Virus record (IMG/VR): IMGVR_UViG_3300027869_000006
Span: 32,001 to 96,000 of that record
Length of the DNA: 64,000 nt
Source: a virus
Direction: 5' to 3' (one strand)
Shown here piece by piece: positions 37,298 through 48,389 of the stretch; the first letter of the stretch is position 1, and each line of letters opens with the position of its first letter. Under the pieces are notes generated by a model. That model was not told the DNA's origin and did no database searches. It was given only the letters and a program-made list of their open reading frames with translations. The translations under genes and the position numbers were made by a program.

Positions 37298-40200
37298 GTG
37301 TTTTTCCTTTCCTGTTGTCCTGCTGTCGGTAGGATGTTCCCAAGATGTCCCCAGGATACTGCCGGAATGTCCCCGGAATGTTCGACCAGGGTCACCACGA
37401 TAATCTCCCTTGACCCAGGAATAATCGCCACCGTCTCCGGGGTGATGACTTCCCGTACCCGTACCGGCGTGGGGTACGTCGCAATGGTGACCTGAACCTG
37501 CGAAAATGCCATACCGTCTCCTGTCTAAAAGAGCGAGTGTTCCCACGATTGTTTCTTCGTCCTTCTCTGTTGTAGGGGCTTCTTACATAGAAAACCAGTC
37601 AGATGTCCCACAAGATACCTCTCTTTGATTTTCTATGCATGACACACACTACACACGTCAAAAACGCTATGCGAGAAGATAGGCATCACTCTTCCCCAAC
37701 GAACCGTTCCCGATTGGTTTCATGTGGGTGCTTTTTGCGCCATCGCCTCTGTGACTCGCCATCAATCACAGAGATTACTTGTAAGTCACGTACAGCATAT
37801 TCTTGCGCGATCTTCCCGAGAGAGAATTTGCTCCCAAAGAACAGTTCCCAAATTCTCTCGACATCGGCCTGTGTCAGCGTTGGCTCAATACGTTGATGTC
37901 CTTTTTCAAATGCCATGATTGTCCTGCTTCTTGTCCTGTCATTTCCGTATCCAAAAGTCATGCAATGTTTCTCGCTTGGGTGGAATGACGGCCAGTACTT
38001 CTGGTTCCGTCACTGCATACCACGTCCAAAAGCAGGTACAGAGCCATCTCTCCCGATCCTCGCAAAAATCCCAATCTCTTCCATAACACCGAGCACAGGG
38101 TGGAAACTCATCAAGTCGTGCTGGCCACTTACCCGCCATAATCGTCTCCCTCATGGAGTAACGGATGATCGACGAGCCAGTACTGCCCTTCTAACTCCGT
38201 CTCACATTCATTGCACCGTTCCCCATCCGCGCTTTCCAACGAGAGATGCGTACAGGTATACGTCTGGCAATTCGGGCAATAGAACACTTGATCGGTCGTC
38301 TGTGTATAGGGGGTAGATTTGCTACAGAGCTCACACAGCGTGTCATGTCCTCTCATACTCTTTCCCTCCTCAATTCCAAGCAGGCCAGTACATTATCCAG
38401 CCGGGCACACCATCCCTGGCGCACCGATGCCGCAAGGTGAAACATCTCTGGGTTGAGTTGCAAGCAGAGTTGCAATTCCCGTACGGTGAGCAGTGCCATC
38501 GAGACATTGGGCACCGGAGCGAACCGCAGATGGTGCGCAGGGATAGGCATATATTTCTTGTGGTTCATATGGTCATCTTCACCCCTTCTCGGCTTGCCGT
38601 CCGTTTGATGCGGCGCTTCCATTTCCACCGTGCCCGTTCGATGAACTTCCCATCCTCGCACCAGGAAGCCGTGCTCTCATCGAGAACGCAACACACGGAA
38701 CATCCCCATTGGTGTTCCCAGAGGTGATGCGTGTTCAATTCAAGCAAGCCAATCGCTTGCTTGAGTGTGTAGTCAGGGATGGACAGGTGCTTTGTGTTGC
38801 TCATAGGTCTCTCTCTCCTACAACTTTTCCCTGCATAAATTGTTGGGCAGCAGGTTTCATTTCCCGTGCTTCAACCCGACTAATATGGGCTTTTCCAAAG
38901 GCAGGGACACTATGAGAATAGAAGGTCAAGGCAAACAAGACGGCACTTTCACCATCATGCAACTCGACGATATACTCTTTCAGTCCATACTCACCTCGCT
39001 TGGTCACAGTCAGTATCTTTATTTCTGGCGCGTCCTGTCCGCTCATCATCTCTCTCCTTCTCCAAACAACGCAGGTTGGGAAATCGTTCCTACCTTCTTG
39101 AGTGGTTGTCCTTCAAGCACCCGCATGCCAACAACCGTTGGATGGAACTTCGCGACATGTACCCGCCAACACGTCCCACACATGACGCCCCGATGTTCCT
39201 GCCCGAGTGTACCACCACAGAAATTGCAGCACCTGGCCATGACATTCGAGGACGTGGCAGTATCCCGACAGGCAGAGCACACCAGTCCTTCGAGAAGGGT
39301 AGCCGCACAGTGGATACAAAAGTACTGCATCGTCTCTCTCCCTTGCTCATAGCAATGCTGATGCCAGCAGTTTCCTCGCATCAGCAGGCTTCGGCGGGGA
39401 GTACAACAACCACGCCTGCCCGTTCTCTGTCGTCGGCTCCATCACCGTCACCTCAACGCCCTCGCGTGCGAAGGTCTGCTGATACCCCGTCAGGTAGTGC
39501 TGTGTCTTAGTGACCAAGGTGAGGAACGGGACATGGAATGGCTCCACGTAATAGATACCACAGCCGCCATCGCCACGTGGTACAACCACGAAGCCACTTT
39601 GCTCCTGTCCACGGTCGGTCGTCATGCGTTCCTTCCAGCCATCACGGAACAGGGTATCGCGCAAAATCTCACACAATTCTTTCCATCGTTCATGCATCAG
39701 AGCGTTGTCTCTCCTTTCCCTAGATGCCAGGCCGGGGTATGTTCCTGCCTGTCCAGTGCGACAAACTGCTGCGGGGTCGTGATCTCTGGCTTAACCAGTG
39801 CGCATAGCCCCAACTCCGGGTTGGACAGGCGGTGCCACTGGATCAGCGTGTAGTCGCCGCGCCGCACTCCATCAAGGACAACCGCGAGTTCCTGCTTTTC
39901 TTTGGTGTTGAGGAACTGCGCGAGCCAGTAGAGTTGGTGTTCCTTGCATGAGTAATCAACCTGGTGGACGACGTAGTTCCCCACCATCTGTTCGCGCATA
40001 GTATGCTGCCAGATGGTGTCCTCAAGGGCGGTCATGTCGATAATACCCCCGCGCTCGAATGCCTCCTCGATCAGTCGCTTATCCTCGTACTCCTCGATCA
40101 GGAAGGCAGCAGGCCGCGTGCACTGGTGGCGTTTGCATCCCTGATGTGGGTCGGTGCAGGGTTTGATCCAGGCCAGGATGAGCGGCAAGTCCTCCTGGTG

Positions 40201-40663
40201 GGGGATGGTATGGGTCATAGGTCTCTCTCCCTCTCCTCTGGCTGCTTGCTCCAATCGTATGGCTCCCACGTACCGTTCCAATCGGGCAAGGTCTCGCGCG
40301 TTGGGTAGATCAGGCCAAGGGCGACCCCATTGCATGATTCCCACCGTGGGCTCCCACGCTCATTCAGCGCCTGTGCTACGCGAAGTGTCCGCAACTCTGC
40401 ATCCTCCCCATAGTAGACGCCATCAACAATCCGTGAGAGCACGCGATCATAGACCACATAGCCATCCCCGCTATTGTGCAAGTGAAGGGCGGCGAAGCGG
40501 CAGAGGCTAACTGAAGGCTCTCTCTCGTGGGGCAATTCTAATTGTAACTCAACCTTTACCCATACGTCATGTCCTTTGTTAGGACGCTTGTAGAGTCGCA
40601 AGGACTCCTGGTAACGGGCAACACCATGCTCATCTGTAAGAATACCATCATGACTACTCATAG

Positions 40664-42076
40664 CTAGTCAACCTCTCTCTCTTCTTCAAAGTCATCTGCA
40701 TAGGGTCGTGCTACATGCGGAGGTGGTGGGGCAATACCCATCACGGACAGTGGGAAGAACCGCGTTGTCTCCTCCTGGAAATAGAGGGAGAAGGTCTCCT
40801 GCGGTCCCATACGGAACTTGGCCACGATCAGTTCCGCGATGTGCGTTGGAGTATAATTCTGGCGTCCTTCCTGCCTGGCATAGTGATCCTCACGGTAGAT
40901 AAACCACACGTTCGAGGCATCCTGCTCGATGGTACCGCTCTCTCTCAGGTCGGATAACTGCGGGCGCTTGTTGGAGCGCTTCTCGTTCTCCCGGTTCAGT
41001 TGCGCCAGCGCGAGCACGGGTCGGTCGAAGGTGCGGGCGAGAGCGAGCAACCCCCGGCTAATCGCGGAGACCTCCTGCACGCGGTTCTCATAGCGTTTGC
41101 CCTCCGTCTCAGGGGTACCAATGAGTGAGAGGTAGTCCACCACGATCAAATCGGGCATGTTCCCCTCACTGGCCATGCGCTGTAATTTCATCTGCATACT
41201 CACGAGGGGGCTCCCGGTCGTGTCATCGATCCAGAGGGGGAGGGAGGCCAGTTCCATCCGGGCCGCGATGATACGCTCCCACTCGTGATCCTCGATGTAG
41301 CCGTTGCGCAGCCGCACGGTATCTACCTTAGAGAGCATAGAAACAAGCTTCAGCCCAAGTGCCTCCGACCCCATCTCCAGACTGAAGATGATCACCTTGT
41401 TCCCGCGTTTGGCCGCGTTATAGGCCATGCATACCCCTAGGGAGGATTTACCGAGTCCAGGACGGGCTGCCAGGATCGTGACCTCTTTCTTCTGTAAGCC
41501 ATTGGTAAGCGTGTCCAGGTCATCGAAGCCCGTCGGCACGCCCAGGATGGTACCCCGATGCTCGTGCGCGTAGTCCAGGTTGGCCATCACGCGGTCAAGG
41601 ATGAGGTCAATATGCTCCGGCCCCTTAGCTGAACACCGTAGCCCGATATCGAGCACTAACTGGTTCGCCTTCATCAGTGCCGTATCGGCATCCCCCTCCT
41701 CGTAGGCAATGGCCGCGATCTGGCCTGCCGCCCAGATGAGCCTGCGTAGGATGGCCGTGCGCTCCACGATGCGCCCATAGTGCTCGACGTTTCCGCTCGT
41801 CGGAACGTGGTTGATCAATCCGGTGATGTAGGAGGCCCCACCTACGTCATCGAGCTTGCCGCGACGTTCCAATTCGTCACAGATCGTGATAAAGTCAGCA
41901 GACTCGTGTGCATTGAAGAGGGCGATGATCACCTCAAAGATGGCACGGTGGGCATCACGGTAGAAGTCCGCCGGGCGCAAGAAGTCACCCACCTGTAAGA
42001 CGGCTTCCGGGTCAATGATGATGCTGCCAAGCACCCCTCGCTCAGCTTCGACATTCTGTGGGAGCATTTTTTCCAT
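40664..42076 (-). CDS. dnaB: Replicative DNA helicase
   Basis: LPQNVEAERGVLG N-domain; AARPGLGKS Walker A; IVVDYL; LAQLNR; DLRESGTIEQDA; VAKFRMGP. Confidence 0.95.
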   Translation of the reverse strand: MEKMLPQNVEAERGVLGSIIIDPEAVLQVGDFLRPADFYRDAHRAIFEVIIALFNAHESADFITICDELERRGKLDDVGGASYITGLINHVPTSGNVEHYGRIVERTAILRRLIWAAGQIAAIAYEEGDADTALMKANQLVLDIGLRCSAKGPEHIDLILDRVMANLDYAHEHRGTILGVPTGFDDLDTLTNGLQKKEVTILAARPGLGKSSLGVCMAYNAAKRGNKVIIFSLEMGSEALGLKLVSMLSKVDTVRLRNGYIEDHEWERIIAARMELASLPLWIDDTTGSPLVSMQMKLQRMASEGNMPDLIVVDYLSLIGTPETEGKRYENRVQEVSAISRGLLALARTFDRPVLALAQLNRENEKRSNKRPQLSDLRESGTIEQDASNVWFIYREDHYARQEGRQNYTPTHIAELIVAKFRMGPQETFSLYFQEETTRFFPLSVMGIAPPPPHVARPYADDFEEEREVD

Positions 42077-43305
42077 TAGCCGCCCCCTTCCGCTTTCGCG
42101 GTATAGTGCGCACGGAGGGCGGCCATGCGCTGCGATCCCTCGGTTGGCCCTATGAGTGGAGGCGCGTGCCTAATGCCCTGCACCTTCGCCTTCTCAATTT
42201 TCTCCAATTGCTCTTTGATGGCCCCGGCAACCTCACAGATATCAATGCTCCGCTGACACCAATACTCATCAATAGTCAACATGCGGGTACGGGCGGCAAT
42301 CACCTCAGCCTGTGTATAGTTTTTCACCATGCGATAGGCACATGTATTCGCCTGGGCAATTTGCCGATCCGTCAGTAACTCCTTGCCCCCGCGCCACATC
42401 TGGAAGAGGTGCAGGCAGGCAGGAACATCCCACTTCACGGGTGATGGGGCAGTAACAGGTACCCCATCCCGCAGGACCGTGTGCTTGATACCCCCTGTCG
42501 GTTGCAAGGAAGCCGCGAGCGACACAGCTACCTGCTTGTCCGTCGGTGGCCCTTCGTCTTCTCGCTCCTCTTCGGTCTCAGGTACAGGGGATGTATCTTC
42601 AAGAGGTGAGAGAGGGAGAACAGGCTCAAGTTGTGAAAATGTTGGAACAACCGGAATCTCTCTCTCTAAGTCTAAAGAAGATTCTGTAATAGATTCTAAT
42701 AAGAGGTTAGAATTTTCAACCTCCCCAGGTTCAAAATCTGAAGGTGGGATGTCCGAATTTTCAACCTCCCCACTTTCTAAATTAGAACCTGGGAGGTTCG
42801 GAATTAGAACCTCCCCCCCACCTTCGGAATTAGAACCTCCCTTGAGGAAGAAGCTAAATGTATCCTTGGGTAACTGGCTCATTGCCTCTTGAATGAGTGG
42901 ACGGTTGAGGGTATAGAGCGGCGCACCAAATTCCTCCCCTGGTTTACTCCGTGTATAAATCAATGTCTTCTTAATGAGGGAGTTGATAGCCAGGCGGAGC
43001 GTCGTCTTCGAGAGAGAAAGGGGATGCTTTGCTCCTACTTTTTTAGAGTCGAATCGGTAGAGTCGGGCCAGGATTTGTGTATAGGAGAGACGTACCCAGT
43101 AGACCTTTGGTTCAGGTGGGGGAGTGCGTTTTTCTTCAACTGCCTTCGCTACGCGGGTTTGCCAGTTCTCTTTCTGCTTGACCATATCATATTCAATGAT
43201 ACGCATAATCTTGGCTTCCAGTTCGTCCTGGCAAATGAGGACGAACTCAAGTCGCTCCATAAGAAAAAGGTTAAAGGGAAATTCAAAGACCGTTGCTTCA
43301 CTCAT
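42076..43305 (-). CDS. Phage replication initiator-like protein
   Basis: N-terminal wHTH-like segment (SKTTLRLAINSLIKKTLI), repeat-encoded middle, coupled to dnaB. Confidence 0.65.
   Translation of the reverse strand: MSEATVFEFPFNLFLMERLEFVLICQDELEAKIMRIIEYDMVKQKENWQTRVAKAVEEKRTPPPEPKVYWVRLSYTQILARLYRFDSKKVGAKHPLSLSKTTLRLAINSLIKKTLIYTRSKPGEEFGAPLYTLNRPLIQEAMSQLPKDTFSFFLKGGSNSEGGGEVLIPNLPGSNLESGEVENSDIPPSDFEPGEVENSNLLLESITESSLDLEREIPVVPTFSQLEPVLPLSPLEDTSPVPETEEEREDEGPPTDKQVAVSLAASLQPTGGIKHTVLRDGVPVTAPSPVKWDVPACLHLFQMWRGGKELLTDRQIAQANTCAYRMVKNYTQAEVIAARTRMLTIDEYWCQRSIDICEVAGAIKEQLEKIEKAKVQGIRHAPPLIGPTEGSQRMAALRAHYTAKAEGGG
42660..42841. repeat. Iteron-like repeats and AT-rich stretch: putative replication origin
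   Basis: GAATTTTCAACCTCCCCA at 42710 and 42755; TTCGGAATTAGAACCTCCC at 42797 and 42823; AATTAGAACCT at 42780. Confidence 0.65.
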
Positions 43306-43733
43306 TTCACATCCTCCACCACAGTAAATGAAGTCATTTCTTCACTGAAACATTCTTGGAAAGTCTCTGTGTTCTCATAGAAAATCCCTTCCTCATAGAC
43401 TTCTTGAAAATAGGTCTGATCGTCAATGCTTAATGCAGCTATGGCTGGTGGGAGAATTTGTTCAAGGTCTATCCATCCATGTGGTCTGTTAGATTGATAC
43501 TCTGCTAATAGCGATTTATCCCAGTGATGAGTACCATTCTCAAACCAGCTCGAAAGGAGATAACGACAATAGGCATTAAGAACATGTTCATTGTTGAGGA
43601 CAGCTAGGAAGAGGCGGTGTTGCCGCTCATTGTAGGTGTGCTCATCACTATCAGCGCCCGGTGGTATGGCATCTTCATCGATGGTGATAGTAAAGTCGAG
43701 GGTAACGCGAAAGCGTTTTGTTGTTTTGCTCAT
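43302..43733 (-). CDS. Hypothetical protein
   Basis: ATGA overlap with the initiator gene; RBS GAGGAG. Confidence 0.55.
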   Translation of the reverse strand: MSKTTKRFRVTLDFTITIDEDAIPPGADSDEHTYNERQHRLFLAVLNNEHVLNAYCRYLLSSWFENGTHHWDKSLLAEYQSNRPHGWIDLEQILPPAIAALSIDDQTYFQEVYEEGIFYENTETFQECFSEEMTSFTVVEDVK

Positions 43734-44073
43734 CCCGCTCCTCACTTTCCCATCCACAAAAGAGCATCGAACTCTAGTACACAATACGGGTACTGTAACG
43801 TTTTACTCATAGATACCCCTTCTACTCACCCACGCCCTTGACCATACCTGAAATTTCAGGTACACTTAGAGCAGAGTGAGACCGTAATAACGTCTCAATG
43901 ACCGTGAGCAAAAGTTTTGCCGACCGTAGCTCGCGGTCAAACGCATTTTGGAGACATACTCTTTCTTGTCTCGTGTTTATAACCATTTTAGCACATAATT
44001 TCGCAAATTGCAAGCCATTGGTACAATTTGATACAGTAGTTATCTTGATATTATTTGCTTTTTGTTGTATGCT

Positions 44074-44319
44074 ATGAAAAAGGCTGACAGGAAGGCGGAG
44101 CATTTTATGAAAACACGATTGGCATACTGGCGCAAGAAACGGGTACTCTCGATACAAATGTTGGCAGATCGAGCTGGGGTTTCCCCAGCTACTATCGTCA
44201 ATATTGAAAAGCAGAAACACGATCCGAATCCCGAAACACTCCATAAACTGGCAAATGCCCTGAACATCACCATAGATGAACTGGTTGTGGATGAGAGCGA
44301 AGCGGTACCTGCCGCATGA
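44074..44319 (+). CDS. XRE-family HTH regulator
   Basis: LAYWRKKRVLSIQMLADRAGVSPATIVNIE...TLHKLANALNITIDEL. Confidence 0.88.
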   Translation: MKKADRKAEHFMKTRLAYWRKKRVLSIQMLADRAGVSPATIVNIEKQKHDPNPETLHKLANALNITIDELVVDESEAVPAA

Positions 44320-44749
44320 CGTATGATTGTTCATGAAGGATTGAGAGAGAGACCCCTGGCCCCGTGTGCTGGCGCCTGCCCCTGCAGGTGGTGTGGTCAT
44401 GGTGTCTGCTCCTGTTCTGTGCTGTCCCTTCCTCCTACCCAGCGCTGCGGACTCGTCACCATTACCGTGACATCATCGGCCAGGAGAGGACATCCTACCT
44501 CATCGAGTGTCGCGTCCACTTCTGCCTCGCTGAGAGAGAAGGTGCGTGCAATATGCTGGACCATCCGTGTGCGCTGCTCCGGTGTGAGCGTGGTGAGATC
44601 GACCTGGTAAAACAGGCCAGCCTCGACACCAGGCGCCTGTGCCCATACTGGAATGGGTGAGAGGATCGGCACCATTCTCCCACCGAAGACGCGCATCCAA
44701 GCGACTGCTCGCTCGCTTGTCTCGCGGATGGTCGCTATATACTCATTAC

Positions 44750-45181
44750 TCATGGTTCACCTCGCAAGAGTAAGGCATTGACATCGATGACGGCTGTTGG
44801 TCGCTTCCAACTGGCATCGAATGAAAATTCCGAGGCCGTCACCGGACGCCGGACGACCCACCAGTGCTCAGGTTGCCCGAATGCCTCAAGATCGGCAACG
44901 ACCTCTTTAGGTGCCCTCTGTCGAATATCCCTCCACTGGACTACTGCCTTACACTGCACGCGATACCGATAGGTCAGGCGGTCGCATGTCACATACATGG
45001 ATTGCAGTCCCACGCTCTCCGGTGTAGGTGGCTCCGCGAAATCAGTCAGCCAGAGCACGGGGCCGAGTGCAGGCATGAAGGGATGCAGGTTGGGCAGCAG
45101 TGTCCCTGTTCGCGTGATCCCGGTGTGTCCGTGGTCACAGGTAAAATGATAGAGCGTGGGTGGCACGTGTTTGCTGTTCAT
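44750..45181 (-). CDS. Hypothetical protein, possibly ADP-ribosyltransferase-like
   Basis: N-terminal LYHFT and VLWLT strands. Confidence 0.4.
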   Translation of the reverse strand: MNSKHVPPTLYHFTCDHGHTGITRTGTLLPNLHPFMPALGPVLWLTDFAEPPTPESVGLQSMYVTCDRLTYRYRVQCKAVVQWRDIRQRAPKEVVADLEAFGQPEHWWVVRRPVTASEFSFDASWKRPTAVIDVNALLLRGEP

Positions 45182-46274
45182 GGCATATCCTCTAGGCTTG
45201 TTTTGACTTCCCACAGTTCGGCCATGATTGCACGTGCCTCTGCTTCCTCCTCGGCCTCTGTTCGCTGTAATTCCCACAGCACCTCTTGTGGGGGAGCAGG
45301 CCAACCCCGTGCCTGTCTCACCGGATCAACATCTTCGGGTCGGTGGAAGGTGACGATGAGTTTGACCCGTTTCTTCTGCTTGCCAATGATCTCGAGTCGT
45401 TGGCTATAGAGCATGACCCCGATGCGACCAGGAACCTCTTGCTGTTTCTCATGACTGTAGGTGGCAGGCCACACTTGCCAGAGCCAGCCACGGGTTGGTT
45501 CCCAGATACGCGCTTGCCCATAGAGCGGGAGCGAGGGAATGACCTCGACTTCGCCGACCTCGTGGCCCAGATACCAGCTCTGGGTGCGGGCAGTAGAGGC
45601 ATATCTCTGGACGGTGGCCTGCTGCCTTTCAAGTAATGTCAGGGGCATGGTGTCTCTCCCTCGCTTTCCTCTTCCGGTGTTGCGGGCAGGGGATGTTCGA
45701 TGAAGTCACGTATGCGCAGCCAGGCACAGAAGACGGCTGGTTGAATGTGAAACCCACTCAACTCTGTGAGGAGATCGAAGAGAGGAGACAGATGAGGCAA
45801 GGCATGCCACTGCTCCTCGGCAATCTCAAGGAACGCGGTAAGGTGTCCATTGTGGACACCTAAGTCATACCAGATGAGAGCGAGAGAGAAATCATGGTCA
45901 TCCTCCTCGCTCGTGATGAAGACCTTGTGCCGGATGTTCCCGACCGGCCAGGGGACGCTCGTGAAATACAAGTGGTCACTCATAAAGTCTCTCCTTTACG
46001 TGCTTTGGCCATGCCGACCAACGTCTCGTGTTCGCGTGCCAGCCACACGAGTGCGTGCAGTGCCTCTTCTGGCGAGAGGAAGAGATAGCCATACTCAACA
46101 CTCTCGATGAGAATGCCGTCGCCACCTGGGGCGTAACGCAGGGTGTAACGGTTCTTGGGTACTGTGCGTTTGGGTGTGGTCATGGGAGTTGCCCATTCCA
46201 GGGTTCGTAGAGGAGCAGGTGACCGGGGAGGTACCACACGGCCCATGGCCCTACAATGATGTAATACATGAGAG

Positions 46275-46628
46275 TCACAGCGCAGACACCTCACTTTCTT
46301 TGGGGAGAGCGAGTGCATCGAGAAAGGCACGCAGTTGCACAAATGCCTCGTGCCGGATGGAATAGTAATGCTCGGAGCCTGATGATGTCTTGTGACGTTC
46401 ATAGGTGACTAATCCCGCACGATATAAGTGCGAGAGATGGTACGAGAAGGTTGATTGTGCCATGAGTTCCTCGCTCCCGGCTTTCCAATAGGTCTGGAGA
46501 TAGCGTTCGATCAATTTGTATTGCGAGAGCATTCCGTCACTCTGGTGAATCAGGGTGAGGATGCGGACGCGTTCGGGCGATCTGATCGCATCGAGCATGT
46601 GGGCAATGCGTGTCTCATCATCGGTCAT
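46275..46628 (-). CDS. ArsR-like winged-helix regulator
   Basis: SPERVRILTLI...QSTFSYHLSHLYRAGLV...YYSI. Confidence 0.75.
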   Translation of the reverse strand: MTDDETRIAHMLDAIRSPERVRILTLIHQSDGMLSQYKLIERYLQTYWKAGSEELMAQSTFSYHLSHLYRAGLVTYERHKTSSGSEHYYSIRHEAFVQLRAFLDALALPKESEVSAL

Positions 46629-47179
46629 CAGGCCGCCTCTCCTTCCGCAAAGTAGCGTTGTGCATCGTGCAGCCAGTAGTAGATTGTTTTGGGACTGACC
46701 CCAAAGGAAGGTGCAATCTCACGGGCGGTATACCCGGCGGCTCGTAACTCGATGACGTGTCGGTAGTGCCTCGGCATCTCTGCGAGAATGAGAGAGAGAT
46801 CGTGCCGTGCCCCTGCTTCTTCTGGGGTACCGGAGAGAGCGACCTGTTCTTCAAGGACAGCGGTCCAGCCATCCTCTGTTAACTGGGGGCATAACTCATA
46901 GCCATAACTTGTCCCATGCCGTTTTGCATCGAGGGTGACGCGGATGGCGATGGTGAGGAGCCACTTGAAGAGTGTTCCCTGCTGCTTCACCGTCCCCCAC
47001 CCTTTCCAGGCCCGCAGGTAGGTTTCCTGTGTCAGGTCACGCGCCTGCTCGCGGTCATGAGTCGTGCGGTAGAGGATCAGGTAGATTTGCCAGTAAAACC
47101 GCTCGACCAACTGGTCATAGGTGATATTCGTATAGCCACCAGGGACTACATCCTCAGTCCGTTCTTGTGTTGTCTGCAT
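46628..47179 (-). CDS. ECF-type RNA polymerase sigma factor
   Basis: ARDLTQETYLRAW...KWLLTIAIR (region 2); GYTAREIA..FGVSPKTI (region 4). Confidence 0.88.
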   Translation of the reverse strand: MQTTQERTEDVVPGGYTNITYDQLVERFYWQIYLILYRTTHDREQARDLTQETYLRAWKGWGTVKQQGTLFKWLLTIAIRVTLDAKRHGTSYGYELCPQLTEDGWTAVLEEQVALSGTPEEAGARHDLSLILAEMPRHYRHVIELRAAGYTAREIAPSFGVSPKTIYYWLHDAQRYFAEGEAA

Positions 47180-47230
47180 AGTAGTTTCTCCTCATCCTTC
47201 CCCCGCCTGGTGTCTCTGCTGTCCTGATGC

Positions 47231-47259
47231 TTGACATACCATGATACATCTGGTACAGT
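47231..47259 (+). promoter_or_regulatory. sigma70-like promoter antisense to the surrounding operon
   Basis: TTGACA-17nt-TACAGT followed by a hairpin. Confidence 0.5.
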
Positions 47260-48050
47260 GGAGACAAAGAGGGGAGTTCCTTGAACAGCACTTCCTCTTT
47301 GGAAGCAGGTGTATGAGCGACCTTCTCTTCCCCGGAGGTCGCTCTTTGCTATAACTCGCCTCGTTGCTTCTTCCCATAACAGGATGGGCAATGCGTGCGG
47401 AGTGCGATACAGGGACTCATATACTCATGTGTATGCCTCTTACAAATAACCTTCTCGCATGCTTCACACTCGGTGTAATGCCGTCCGCCACAAATGTAGC
47501 AGGCTTCTTCCTCCGGGGCTTCTACCTGTTCGGGGAGTACCTCGACTTCGGGCAGAGCGATGACGGGTACTCTAGTAAGGGTTGCTGTTGTCAAAATAGG
47601 TTTCCTTTCTCTTTTAGAGTAGTGGTGTCGTCAACAGTTTCACGACCGTCGCGACATTCACCGTGTCCAGTTGATCTTCCCGTAGAACAACGGTGACTCC
47701 CGCGCACCAGAACACGTGGTCCACCCACTCCCACGGTCGTCGATAGGGAAATGCGGGTGTCCCGACCGCGACCGCGCTGACCATATTCACATCCCAGGTA
47801 TGGGCTTCATGCGGGAAGGAGCGACCCAGGATCGGCGTCATGTCAAAGATACCCCACGCCGTTGTTGGTTCGCTGTCAAGCGAACGGTTCTCACGCGCCG
47901 CCTCGCGCACCAATGCACATAATGCCTCCTCCTCAGTGGGTAAGGTCATTGGCCCAGACTCAACACCGATCCCGCCAATCTTCTGCATCATGCATTCCTC
48001 GCTTTCTCTCCCGCACTTCCCTCTTGCATAAAACAAAATACTATGGTATC

Positions 48051-48122
48051 ATTATACGGTAACAACGTGATAATGTCAAGATACTCCTGAATATTGACGA
48101 AAGGAAGGAAAGAAGGTACCAT
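48051..48122. promoter_or_regulatory. Divergent sigma70 promoter pair
   Basis: Minus: TTGACA-17-TATAAT (48079-48051); plus: TTGACG-17-TACCAT (48094-48122). Confidence 0.7.
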
Positions 48123-48164
48123 ATGAACATGATAAGAACGCACCATATTTTTATTGGAGGTCTT

Positions 48165-48374
48165 ATGAGTTCCGAAGACAGTATGGGTGGACAGGAAACA
48201 GCAGACTACCTCGGTGTCAGTTATGCCCGTTTGTATACCTTGATGCGAGAGGGAAAGCTGACCCGTTTGGATGAACCCGATGCACTCCACCGTAAGGCAC
48301 CATTGCGTTTTCAACGTTCCGAGGTGGAGAAGTTGAAACGCAACGCTGGAAAAAAAAGTCCTGATGCGGCATAG
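48165..48374 (+). CDS. HTH_17/excisionase-like DNA-binding protein
   Basis: ETADYLGVSYARLYTLMREGKL...LRFQRSEVE; RBS GGAGG. Confidence 0.8.
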   Translation: MSSEDSMGGQETADYLGVSYARLYTLMREGKLTRLDEPDALHRKAPLRFQRSEVEKLKRNAGKKSPDAA

Positions 48375-48389
48375 TGAGAGCACATTTCT

